From: Macrostomum lignano
Taxonomy: Eukaryota
Assembly: GCA_002269645.1 (NCBI GenBank)
Contig: NIVC01003100.1
Span: 1 to 31,456, forward strand
Direction: 5' to 3'
DNA length: 31,456 bases
The position numbers and the translations under genes are program-made. Each line of letters begins with the position of its first letter. The stretch's first letter is position 1. The notes beneath the pieces were generated by a model. It was not told the DNA's origin. It searched no databases and was given only the letters and a program-made list of their open reading frames with translations. Below are positions 1-10,661 of the stretch, piece after piece.

Positions 1-3000
1 CTGCGCTGATTCCGCAGAATTCCAGATCCAGGAACTGAATTCCGGACAGCGTTGCATCCCCCAAACGTTCGAAATAGGCCACTGCGTCATTGATCACCAC
101 CTGGCTTGCCTCGACCAGCTTGTAGCTCTTGTTGGTCTCTCCTCCGTGCTGACTGATGTTGGCAGGCACAGGCGAATGCCGGTTGGAAATGCACCCTGCT
201 GATGGAGAAGCGATAGCAACAGGCGAATGCATTTTGCTGTGGGTTCCAACAGGACGACTGGCAAAAAATCATCCTTGGCAGCGCTCTTGATTAGATGCAG
301 CACCATCGCAGCCTGCTCAATGCTCGGCTGCCGTGTTACTCCGAGTTTTAGAAAAAGCTCGCTGTACTGCAAGAAGCCAGAAGGGCAGGCAAAGAGAAAC
401 GGTGGGATCTCATCCCTTTCGGTCAGAGTGACTTGGCATGGCTGAGCAAATCTCGAACCGTTGTCGACGAGAATGCACGGTGAATCTCTTAGAGCATTCA
501 GGTAGTGCTTTGAAGCTGCCTGATCGAGTGAACTCATGAATGAGTAAACTTTGTGCATCACCTTGCCTCTGACTTGCTTAAAACTGTCCGCCAGACCAGC
601 GTTGCGGAACTGACGAGATCCGATCAGGTTCTTCAAATGCGAGAAAAACTTGTCCATCTGGGGCTTCTCCTGCAGGTACTTTCTGAAGCAACCCAGTTCT
701 TCGATGAAAGCAGGAGCCACAGGAAGAACTGTCCAACAGATGTACACGTTCTCCGGGATTACACAATTTTCAAGTGAAGAAAACTGTACATAGCCCTTGT
801 CGCACAGCTGTTGCAGCTCAGGCTTCACATCCGGCACAATGAATGATATTCTGGCAATTTGAGACAGGAATGCTTCTGTGCGATGCTGCTCGAAGCTTTG
901 GCTAGCTACAAACTTCAGTAGAGTCTCCGATTTGTTTCGAGCCAAGTCGAGTGGCAGATTGGCGATATCGTTAGCGAACCGCAGCACCATATCGGGTGAG
1001 CACTCAGTTACCAGACCTGCCAGCTCCATCAGTGTGAGCATGTCATCTTGCTGAAATTGGAATGGTAGGAACTCCTCTGACGAACAGAATTCTCGAAAAA
1101 TGTCGACGCGATGGTCGAAAAAGTTGCTGGCTCTGCACCAGGACTGCTGAAACGGAACAATTCTGGCGTTCTTCAGCGCGTCTTCAAACGAGCGACTTTC
1201 ACTAGGATTGCGACGGCGCAAGCTCTGAAAATCCCAAGCGAGTGACTTCAGTTTCTGCAGCTGAGCCTGCTTTGTATGGTTTGAGAAATTGTCGAAAACC
1301 GGTAAAATAAGTCAACATTGGCTGCAAATTCGCTTAGTTCCTTGCATCCCATTAGGCGATGCAATTTCTCCAGCTGAAAGTTCTTTCTTAAGAAGACGAA
1401 CTGGGCTGCTCGTCTCCACAGGTGCATCTCCTCAGACACCAAGTCGGCCGGTAGAATTCTGGGGCTTAAGTTCTCAAGCGCAACGCACTCGCCACTGAGA
1501 GTTACAAAAATCGGTAGACGCTGCAGCTCACTAATCAAGTCTCTGCGGCCAATCACCTGCTCCATTGCACCTTGATGTTGCTGAACAAAGCAGGCGAAGC
1601 TGTTCGCCATGTCAGCAGAAGGCAAATGGCGCGGTTGGTGAGGATTTTCGTTAAGTGCGTAGCGTAGCACAGCAAGCATTGAGTAGGGCTCCTCCAATTT
1701 CCCTACTAGTTTGATCAATTTACTGTTATAGATTGTTAAAAGTGGAGCCTTTAGCTGACAAAGAGCCTCTTCAATTTTCTCTTCCAAATCGTACGGTTTT
1801 GGTGAAGACTTGTGGTACACTGAAGACACATGCGATATTTTAACAGCCAACTCCAGCATGAAATGCGTTTCTCCCATGCCCACTCAAAGCTGGCTGGCAC
1901 TAGGGCTGCGTCGGACACAGGAGCTAGAACATCTTTGATTTCAGGTGGTTTCTGAGAATAATGCCTGCGGTTGACTTTATAATTTTCCGCAGCAACGCTA
2001 TCATACGTTTTGCGTACAATCTCGTACTCCTCTGAGAGGAATTTCCAGACATCTTGAATCCAGTCTGCAAATTTTAAGCCCCTCAGCTGAGTCTCAATGT
2101 TAGCTAGCGGAATGCACGGGCCGTTATCAGAGCAGCAGGCAGACAAGAAGTTGCCAAGACAACGGCGGAACTCAGCAATGCTGAATTTGCGGTACAGGCC
2201 GGATTTGTGAGCACTGGGACAGCGGTTGGGCCTTGAAAAATATCCAACGGGAAGCGAGGTTGAAGGTGGCGGTGGCGGGGGCTTAAAAACCTCTTGAATA
2301 TTTTTGTGGCAGAACTGCGAAAGCAAGTCGGTAGATTTGGCTGGTATCAGTCGCACGTATTCTGTGAGAAATGAAAGATTCTCCGTTCTGAAAATTCGAA
2401 GCATTCCATCAGCGGTAAGATTCAATGGTGTGCTGATTAGCGAGGCCATACGTCGAATCTCAGCAGAGTCCCTTTCAGAGTCTTTAGTGTCGGTTTGCTC
2501 CTCAGGAGACAGATTGGTGAGCAAGTAGTGCATCAAAGTCTCGACTCCCAGTACTCCGGCAAATGGAGTCAGCTCGACCTGAATTGGAAGAGAGTCGCGC
2601 AACGCCGAGCAGCGGACTCCCTTCAAGTAGTTGATTATATTGTCCGGATTCGCATTGGGAACATAGCTCAGCCCGCTGCTTTTCATGCAATCCGTAAAGC
2701 GACGCCCTCTGACGATGAGAGGCAGGCCCAGACGTTGCAAAACTTCCGATACATCTTCAGACAAATCCTCTTGCAGAAAGGCGGACTCCCCATCTACTGA
2801 CTGAGGGCTTTGAGCAAGAGGGAGCCAGCTAATCATGCTCTGATTAGTCAGGTCAACGACAGGAAAAATTCTGCGCTGGTTTTTAAATACATTTTGGTAG
2901 AATTTAATCGCCATTGTGTTCCAGTGGGACTTGCCGGGTTTCTCATCCTTTGCCTCTGGAAACAAACGGTAATAATGTTCAAAGGGTGATGAATTACCAT

Positions 3001-6000
3001 CACTTTCGATTGGATCTTCAAGAGGTAGACGCTGCGTCGCCGCCTCCAGAAGAGTTGCGTAGCACACAGGAAGAGCAGTGCTCACTAGCAGATTGTTCCA
3101 TTCGGCAGAGGCATCGCTAGAATGAGCCTCCCACAGGCTGCGGCGAGACGGGTCAAGGGCAAAGTGGCCGTTGATGTGAACAGGCAGATCGGTTGTCAGG
3201 GGAAGCGGCAGCAGGTTGAACACGCGGTGTTCTCGGTGGAACTTTTTGCTCTGATCAAGCCGCGCTGCCACTCCTACCTTCGGAAGTGCCTTCCACTCGC
3301 CATTGGAAACAGCATAGCCAAGCTTGCTCTGGTCTTTGCTGGGAATGACGCTCGCTGAGTCAGCTGGCATACCGAGTTGCTGGGCTACAATCCACTTACT
3401 GCTGGTGGAGTCAGGTTCTTGTGAAAAGCTGTTATGGGTAGAGATCGTAGCCTCATACACTTCCTGCGTGCACAATTGCAAGAGCTTCGGGTCAAAATCT
3501 TTCTGAACCAGCTGCCTGCCGATTTTCTGACACTCGCCTCTGAATCGAATGCAGGCCGATGGGTCCGATATAGTCGAGCTTGTTTCAAAAACTTTGGTCA
3601 GCTTGCCATCAGTGCCCAGTTCAGAGAGTTGAATAGTCTTGACGCTGCTCAAAAACAGTAAGATTTCCGACAAATCTTCAGCAAACTCTTTAAATAGTTT
3701 GCAGATGTCATCAGAATTCAAAGGTTTTGCAGCCGGGAAAATCTCAGACAGGCGCGCCGTTTCCAAAGTTCTGAGAGGCAGTCTAAAGACAGTGGAGCCG
3801 GTCGCGGTCTCATTGGTAATTTTGAATCCATCAAAAACGTCACGAAAATCGTCCCTCACTTCGTCAAGACCTTCATCTTTGTACATTCCGCCTGGACTTT
3901 CTGTGTTGGCATGCGGCATGTGCCTGCAGTGGGGGTCCATCACGCACAGGACCCGATTATCAGAGAGAAACATCGGCACATCCGTCACGTGATAGACACA
4001 ATTGAACCCTATGCCGTACTGCCCCGTTTTCCAGGGCTGGCTTCCTTTGGATCCGACACCAAGCTTCTGAATTCCTTCGATGTCTTCATCATTGAACGTC
4101 GTGTCATTGACAACTACAAGCGCCGGTCCCTGTAGCGCTTCCACTCGTCGCTCAGCACCTTCTCTGTTCCGAGATTGCGACGATCGTTGATGAAGTGCAG
4201 CCTAGTAGCACCGGCGTCATCCGCGTTCTGAACGAGCTCCTTGAAGATCTCGATGCCCAGAGGATAGCCTTGAAGAATTCCTTTGAGTCGAGTAGTGAGC
4301 TCTTCTTTTTGGCCGAACGGCAGCGGCACGTGATGTTTTCTCAGAGTTTGAACTCTCTGATCAGGGATTCGCAACTTCTCACAAACGCCGTACGCCAAGT
4401 CTTTGTGAGCGAAGCGCAGCTTATCGACTTTGCTGAGCCACTTCACGCTGCCAAAACAAAGGTGAGAGCATCGGACTAGGAAGCCTTCATGATCTGGAGC
4501 GAAAATTTCAGATGGCTCGGGCAGCTCGCTAAGCTCACTCAGCCGCGTTAGCAGCTCAATGCAACTCTTTCTCTCACTATCCGTCAGAGCGGATCCACTT
4601 TTGTTCTCGTGTATTTCTTCAAGCACTCTGCAGTAGGTGGTGCAGTCAAATTCTTCGAGAACGCCAATCGCTTTAAGAAACGGCAGATACTTTTCATGAC
4701 CAAAATAGCCCCCTCTAAGATCAGACGGCAGGCGATACAGGTAAGGCGGACATTCTCGATCTTTCAAACTCAGAGACACCTGGTGTGGTTTTAAGTAGCC
4801 AGTATCCGAGTACACTATTGCTGGTGAGCTGAGACCTTCGAATTCAAGCTTTATCTCATCGGCCAGTTTAGGATTATTGATTAGAAGCTTAGAGAAATGT
4901 TCATACACATCCAGGCAAACAGGACGACTGTCGATGCTAAACGTTTGCGTCGCCCTACGCAGCTGTTCCCAAGCAATTTCGCGAGGTACTTCCTTTTGTA
5001 CCCCAATGCTTTTATTCAAGGCTGAATAATTGGTATCTGAAAGTACACAGCTGTCCAGAACTAACTGACAGAGAGAAACTAATGTCTCTTGTTTAGACTC
5101 GAATAGAACTTCCGGTGCGAACAGCTGAGTAACGGGGTAGTCATCCGAGCGCCAGTGCAGGTTGCAGTCGTCGGGCTTCCGCTTGGCTGGAAGAAATTCA
5201 ACGCTGGCCAGCTCACGAAGGCGATCTTGAAATTCAGTCCGGTTTAGATCGAGATACTTCATCAGAGATCGCGCCCTCTTCAAAGCGTCCTCCAGGCGAT
5301 TTTCTTGGCTCAGTGCTGACACGGTATTAGCTCGTTCAAGAACATGGTCAAATGGAATTTGAGACTGAAGTCCAAGAGAAATTAGGACAGGTCGTAGACT
5401 GTAGTCCTCTTTGAAGTCTGTTCTAGGAAATACAGAGTCAGTTGGGAAATACAGAGCAGCTGCAGCGCAGTCCGGATCCAGCAGATCGCTTACTCGGCAA
5501 AGCCGATTGGAATGGTCAGGCAGGAAGCTGCTAGATTTAAGCATGCTCCTGATGCTCTCCGACATGAGCCAAACTGTTGGGTCCTGTGGTGCGATGTCTT
5601 CCCTACTCAGATTTTTAAGCAAAAATTTAAGAAACTCGGAGCACAAATGACGCTCATCATCAGACGAATCCCACAGACTGTTAAGTTGTTCCAGAAAATT
5701 GGCTACAAAGACTTCACCCGACCAGAGTCTGTGTCCAAGCAGGTTGAGGCGCACTGCAGCGGCTTGAACGCTGGACGCTAAGCCTTCAGCCAGGCCGGAG
5801 CCGGCCGGAACCAGTGATCGGGCCAGACGGCGCACAACATTGGCAGCTTCAAAGCCCAATGCGGCGGCACCCAGCGCCGATTCGTCGAGAGAAACAACTT
5901 GAGCCAGCGGCCGCCAGCCCACCGAGGTGAAGAAGATGCTTGGAGCGCGATCACTTTCGGTGAAGACAGTCCTGTAGAAACTCTCAATCAGAGGATGCCA

Positions 6001-7016
6001 GACACCGTTGTTGGCCTCTAGCAGCGGCCAGATCGAAGGCGCGCCGTGATGTTTTCGGCAGTGAGTCGCTCGAGCGCAGACACCAGCGCGGCGCAGGCGG
6101 CTTCGCGCAGCAGGGCGGCGTTCCAGCGACCTGGGTGCCAGCGGCCCTCGGCTTCGTCCATGGTGTCCTCCTCCAGGTAGCGTCGGCTGGACGTGACTGC
6201 GAAGGCGGCGTTTACGTGGAACAGCAGCGGCGACTCGATGGGCAGCGGCAGAAAGCAGAAGGCGACGCCGCGATTCACCGGCTCAATCGCGGTGCCGCCA
6301 GCCGACAGGCGAATGGCGACACTGGCGACGGGGAGGCTGAGTCCCTCGCGTTGACGCGACATCTCCAGCGACTCGCCAGAGCCCAGAGCTACGCTCACCA
6401 GCCAGTTGTCCGAGGCGGTTATAGCGACGTTCGTGTCGATGCCAACCCGCTTCGCTTCCGTCTCGTTTATCTGCACGTCGATGTGCAGCTTCAGCTGCCC
6501 AGCGAAACTTCCATCGACAGCGCCGCCGTTGTCACCCGCCAGATATTCGGCCGCAGCGGCCAGTACACGCGTCTGGGAGCGCAGATCCGCAGATCCGCTT
6601 GTGCCCGGCAACGGCCGAATGCACTTAATCAGGCTGCGACTCACTTTGAGCAGCGTGTCGGTCTGCAGCGAGCCGTCCAAGCCATCGCGCAGATGCAGCA
6701 GCCGGAAGCTGGACACGGACTGGGTGAACAGCAGCAAGTGGCGGGCTTGCTGAGCCGTCTTGTCAAGCAGGTCGCGCATCTCCTGCTCGCTGTAGGCCCG
6801 TTGGCAGATCTGCGACTCGCCGGCCTGCTCCTGAGTCCGCAGCGGCAGTCGGATGAGCGTGCCGGGGTAGGGCTCGGCTCCGAGGTCCGGGCCGCAGCCC
6901 ATGACGCCGGTGTAGGGCGCGAACTGATGCGGATACTTGGCGAGCATGCGGCGCCCGGCCTCCTTGGAGAAGTTCAGCCTGAGGCCGGTGTCGCACTTGC
7001 GGTATTTGCGGTAGAT
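1..7016 (-). CDS. SACS: Sacsin-like gene copy 1, giant exon 3 (3'-truncated by window edge; five apparent -1 frameshifts)
   Basis: Acceptor ...cttcgtcag|ATC at 7017/7016, in frame with ORF 6018-6947. ORFs 6018-6947, 4114-5922, 1751-4144, 1248-1883 and 94-1221 join into one protein collinear with copy 2. Motifs seen: GTLIRLPLRT, FCFLPLP...HVNAAF, GQKEELTTRLKGILQGYP..KELVQNADDAGA, GQYGIGFNCVYHVTDVP. Breaks at ~6044, ~4138, ~1861, ~1310, ~139. Confidence 0.92.
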
Positions 7017-7458
7017 CTGACGAAGTAAGGGTCAATAGAAAATGTAGCATTCATTTATTTAACAATGGGAGACCATTAAAATAATAACTACGAGCGTATA
7101 TCAACCAACGAAAACTGGTCGGAAGATTAAGCTGCGCTTTGGACGCCCTGAAGGACGGTAGAGGTTCAGGATTGGAGTGAAACTAAGGACATGGGGAAAT
7201 GCCAGTGAAGTACAGTTGGGGGTCAAATACCGTAGCCAGAGGGGGTCAAATACTGTAGCCAGGGGGGTCAAATATCCTAGCCAGTAAAGCACATTGGGGT
7301 GAAAGCTTCCATTGAAAAGCCGGAGGTGACACTAAGGCCTGGTGGTGAAAATACAGGTAAAAATTCCATAACAGTACACCTTGGTACCTTTTAAGTGCCT
7401 TCACTGGGAAGGCGCTGGCAGAGCTGCTCAGAATCCCCCCCCCACCAAAGCTTCTCAC
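7017..7458 (-). other. Copy 1 intron 2 (442 bp, GT-AG)
   Basis: GTGAGA...cgtcag; splicing restores the sacsin frame. Confidence 0.88.
7216..7290. repeat. About 3 degenerate ~23-bp units (GGGGGTCAAATACYGTAGCCAG) in intron 2 of copy 1
   Basis: Read directly; related, more numerous units at 29340-29490. Confidence 0.75.
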
Positions 7459-7689
7459 CTCCTCCAGGAAGCCGCGGCCACGCTTCTCGCCGTGCGGGTC
7501 AAGCAGCTGCAGCTGGCAGCCGCTGAGGACGGCCGGCACATCCGTCAGGTTGTAGACGGCGTTGAATCCGAGGCCGAATTTGCCCACCTTCGCCGCCTGC
7601 GCCTCCTTGGTGGCGCCGCCAAGGCTCAGCAGGTTCTTGAAGTCGTCGTCAGTAAACTGCGCGTCGTTGTGCGCCCAGAGGCAGGGGCC
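7459..7689 (-). CDS. SACS: Sacsin-like copy 1, exon 2 (77 aa, ATP-lid part of HATPase repeat 1)
   Basis: ctctcag|GGC acceptor and GAG|GTGAGA donor, phase 0 at both ends. Encodes GPCLWAHNDAQFTDDDF...VGKFGLGFNAVYNLTDVP...DPHGEKRGRGFLEE. Confidence 0.92.
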
Positions 7690-7959
7690 CTGAGAGGCAG
7701 GTAGGGCGAGGGGCGGAACACCCAGCAGTCAGCTTTGTCGGAATTTATTTACCTGAGATGTTTCTCACATTTGGTGAGCTGGGACTTAACAAACTTTTTG
7801 GGATGACACGAGATCAAAAGTGATTGGTTGAGTAGAATTTGGAGAATCGCGATTGAGTGAGTTGTGATTTTTTGTGAATCGGGACTTAAATGATCTGGAT
7901 TAATTGAAATAGAAACTTGAAGAACATAATTTTTAGTGTTTGCGTGTGCTATTTGCAAT

Positions 7960-8649
7960 GGCACCCAGTCCAATATCAAGGACTACTCAAGTAGGACGGG
8001 AAACTGGCACCCAGTCCAATATCAAGGACTACTCAAGTAGGACGGGAAACTGGCACCCAGTCCAATGTCAAGGACTACTCAAGTAGGACGGGAAACTGGC
8101 ACCCAGTCCAATATCAAGGACTACTCAAGTAGGACGGGACACTGGCACCCAGTCCAATATCAAGGACTACCCAAGTAGGACGGGAAACTGGCACCCAGTC
8201 CAATATCAAGGACTACCCAAGTAGGACGGGACACTGGCACCCAGTCCAATATCAAGGACTACTCAAGTAGGACGGGAAACTGGCACCCAGTCCAATATCA
8301 AGGACTACCCAAGTAGGACGGGACACTGGCACCCAGTCCAATATCAAGGACTACTCAAGTAGGACGGGACACTGGCACCCAGTCCAATATCAAGGACTAC
8401 TCAAGTAGGACGGGACACTGGCACCCAGTCCAATATCAAGGACTACCCAAGTAGGACGGGAAACTGGCACCCAGTTCAATATCAAGGACTACCCAAGTAG
8501 GACGGGACACTGGCACCCAGTCCAATGTCAAGGACTACTCAAGTAGGACGGGAAACTGGCACCCAGTCCAATATCAAGGACTACTCAAGTAGGACGGGAA
8601 ACTGGCACCCAGTCCAATGTCAAGGACTACTCAAGTAGGACGGGAAACT
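7960..8649. repeat. Minisatellite, 15 x 46 bp (GGCACCCAGTCCAATATCAAGGACTACTCAAGTAGGACGGGAAACT)
   Basis: Units start at 7960, 8006, 8052...; 690 bp = 15 x 46. Variation is limited to three dimorphic sites plus one singleton; no spacers. Confidence 0.97.
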
Positions 8650-9673
8650 GCGTTTCTTAGAAAAGTTAAGCAGGCTACTCACCCTATTAGGGGGCTGTAC
8701 TTGTAGCCTAGTGGTTAGAGCGTCGGACTCACGACTTGAAGGTCGGGGGTTCGATTCCCGATCCCACTGGAACAATTTGTGCCCTTGAGCAGGACATTTT
8801 ACTCTGCATTGCTTCAGTTCACCCAGCTGTAAAATCGACTTCTCGGCTTGGGGCTCAGCACTCAGCGAGGGTAACTGAGGGTGTGCGGCGACCCCCCACC
8901 CTCCCAGTCCTTGGACTGAACAGCCGTACGCAGCCTTCAGATGCGCCGCGCAATAGCTGCGGCTGAGCTGTCGGCTGCACATCAGGCTTAATTGGGGCAG
9001 GTGTAATCAAATATTGTTTTTTTTATTATTATTAATAGGCAGGCGGGTTTTCGCCGAAAAATACACTATGGAGATAGGAAGTCATCATTTTTTCAGCACA
9101 AAAAATTGTTATTGCTTTCGATAGCAGGCAGACCCAGTGTTCATTTTTTGATATGCTGTGCTTTCTTACAGCTCTATTGATATTTGTAAAGCTTTTCCTT
9201 CAGAAAATAAGAACTCCTTGTAAATTATTTATTCTACGCACATTTCCTGCACCTAAAAATCATAAAAATAAATGGCACAGCTGAAATATTTGGTCTTAAA
9301 GATATTAAATCTATTTTATCATCTCTGGATTCTCTGCTACGCATATTGCTACACAGTCAGCTAAGAATGATAAAATAGATTCATAAAACCAATGAGCCGA
9401 GCCATTTTAATGGTTGTTAGGCACAGGACATGCGCAATTGTACTTAGAATAAAAATTAACATAGAATTCTAATTTTCTGATTGAAAAGCTTTATGAATAT
9501 TAATAGAGCAATAAGAAAGGCACAACATATCAAAATATGAACACTGGGTCTGCTTTCCTATCGAAAGCGATAACAATTTTAATATCAAGAAAGTGAAAAC
9601 GTCCTAGCTCCGTAGCCAATTTTCAGCGAAAACCAGCCTGCTTAACTTTTTCTAAGAAACACAGTTTCCCGTC
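8639..9673. mobile_element. Imperfect foldback/palindromic non-autonomous element (left arm interrupted by a SINE)
   Basis: 8639-8676 is the reverse complement of 9635-9673 (1 substitution, 1 indel). 9037-~9290 is an imperfect inverse of ~9390-9635. Perfect inner inverted pair ATCTATTTTATCAT / ATGATAAAATAGAT near 9308 and 9367. Confidence 0.75.
8676..9036 (+). mobile_element. tRNA-derived SINE with CORE(MIR)-like central domain
   Basis: A box TAGCCTAGTGG and B box GGTTCGATTCC. GTGCCCTTGAGCAGGACATTTTACTC...CAGTTCACCCAGCTGTAAAAT resembles the CORE-SINE domain. T/(ATT)n tail; flanking AAGCAGGC / AGGCAGGC as probable TSD; 3' half recurs at 18276-18425. Confidence 0.85.
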
Positions 9674-9700
9674 ATGGAAGTCCTTGTAAAATACTCATAG

Positions 9701-10200
9701 AATGGCGCTCAGTCAAATAAAACGGCGCCCAGTTGATTAAACTGGCGCTCAGTCAAATAAAATGGCAGCCAGTTGATTAAAATGGTGCTTAGTCAAATAA
9801 AACGGCGCCCAGTTGATTAAACTGGCGCTCAGTCAAATAAAATGGCAGCCAGTTGATTAAAATGGTGCTTAGTCAAATAAAATGGCGCCCAGTTGATTAA
9901 AATGGCGCTTAGTCAAATAAAACGGCGCTCAGTCAAATAAAATGGCGCCCAGTCAAATAAAATGGCGCTCAGTCAAATAAAATGGCGCTCAGTCAGATAG
10001 AATGGCGCCCAGTCAAATAAAATGGCGCTCAGTCAAATAAAATGGCGCTCAGTCAGATAGAATGGCGCCCAGTTAACTAAAATGGCACTGAGTCAAATAA
10101 AATGGCGTCCAGTTAATTAAAATGGCGCCCAGTTAATTAAATTGGCGCTCACTCAAATAAAATGGCGCCCAGTTGACTAAAATGGCGCCCAGTCAAAAAA
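9701..10200. repeat. Minisatellite, 25 x 20 bp (consensus AATGGCGCYCAGTCAAATAA) with higher-order repeats
   Basis: Exact 20-bp phasing; 9721-9800 = 9801-9880 (80-bp HOR) and 9941-10000 = 10001-10060 (60-bp HOR). Confidence 0.96.
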
Positions 10201-10271
10201 GACCCCCTCAATGAAAGATGCTGGCTACTCCCCTGCATCAGCCAACACAATTAGAGCCGCCCGTCACCCAC

Positions 10272-10514
10272 CTGGCAGCCGGCCATCCGCCGGCCCATGA
10301 CGGTCTCGCGCCACTGCAGATTGGCCCGGCTGTCGTAGATCAGCGTCACCTCGGTGGCGCCGGCGTCGTCCGCATTCTGAATGAGCTCCTTGGGGATGGC
10401 CAGGCCGTCCGAGTAGTCGCGGAGGATGTTGCGCAGACGGCGGGTCAGCGACTCCGACTGGCCGCAGAGCTCAGCACCTTCGGTGTCGCCGTCTGACTCT
10501 GACTCCGAGCTCAT
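10272..10514 (-). CDS. SACS: Sacsin-like copy 1, exon 1 (81 aa)
   Basis: MSSESESDGDTEGAELCGQSESLTRRLRNILRDYSDGLAIPKELIQNADDAGATEV...MAGCQ, then donor CAG|GTGGGT. In-frame TGA nine codons upstream of the ATG. Confidence 0.88.
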
Positions 10515-10653
10515 GTGTGATTGGCGCTCAAAACTTGTTCAAACGCACACACAGTTGTTGATAATAATACGTGCCAACAGGCGTTGTAGCTTATAGTTTT
10601 CAACTCCAGGATTCGTTCGTTCGTTCTGGTTACTTGCCTACTGGGCCATTAGG

Positions 10654-10661
10654 CTTTTATA
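10654..10661 (-). promoter_or_regulatory. Candidate TATA box (TATAAAAG) for sacsin-like copy 1
   Basis: Matches TATAWAWR on the minus strand about 140 bp upstream of the ATG at 10514; sequence match only. Confidence 0.35.

Larger units (their letters stand above)
7690..10271 (-). other. Copy 1 intron 1 (2582 bp, GT-AG), filled with repeats
   Basis: GTGGGT...ctctcag; joins ...MAGCQ to GPCLWAHND, matching the sacsin pattern Q-GPAL. Confidence 0.85.

Noticed and set aside
1310-6044. Programmed ribosomal frameshifting in sacsin
   Set aside because: The sites are not shared between near-identical copies, lack slippery heptamers, and are all simple one-base losses.
6135-7028. Long plus-strand ORFs (6135-7028, 7381-7704, 28248-28739, 20428-20736 and similar)
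   Set aside because: Antisense shadows of the GC-rich sacsin coding sequence; no independent motifs.
7485-7495. GC-AG donor after ...DPH (G|GCGAG)
   Set aside because: A canonical phase-0 GTGAGA/GTGAGT donor 11 codons downstream restores the frame in both copies.
7960-8649. CRISPR-like array (also considered for the 20-bp and 34-bp arrays)
   Set aside because: Units are contiguous with no unique spacers, there are no cas genes, and the context is a spliceosomal intron.
8691-8770. Functional tRNA gene
   Set aside because: A and B boxes are present but the acceptor stem is poor, and the sequence continues into a SINE core, tail and TSD.
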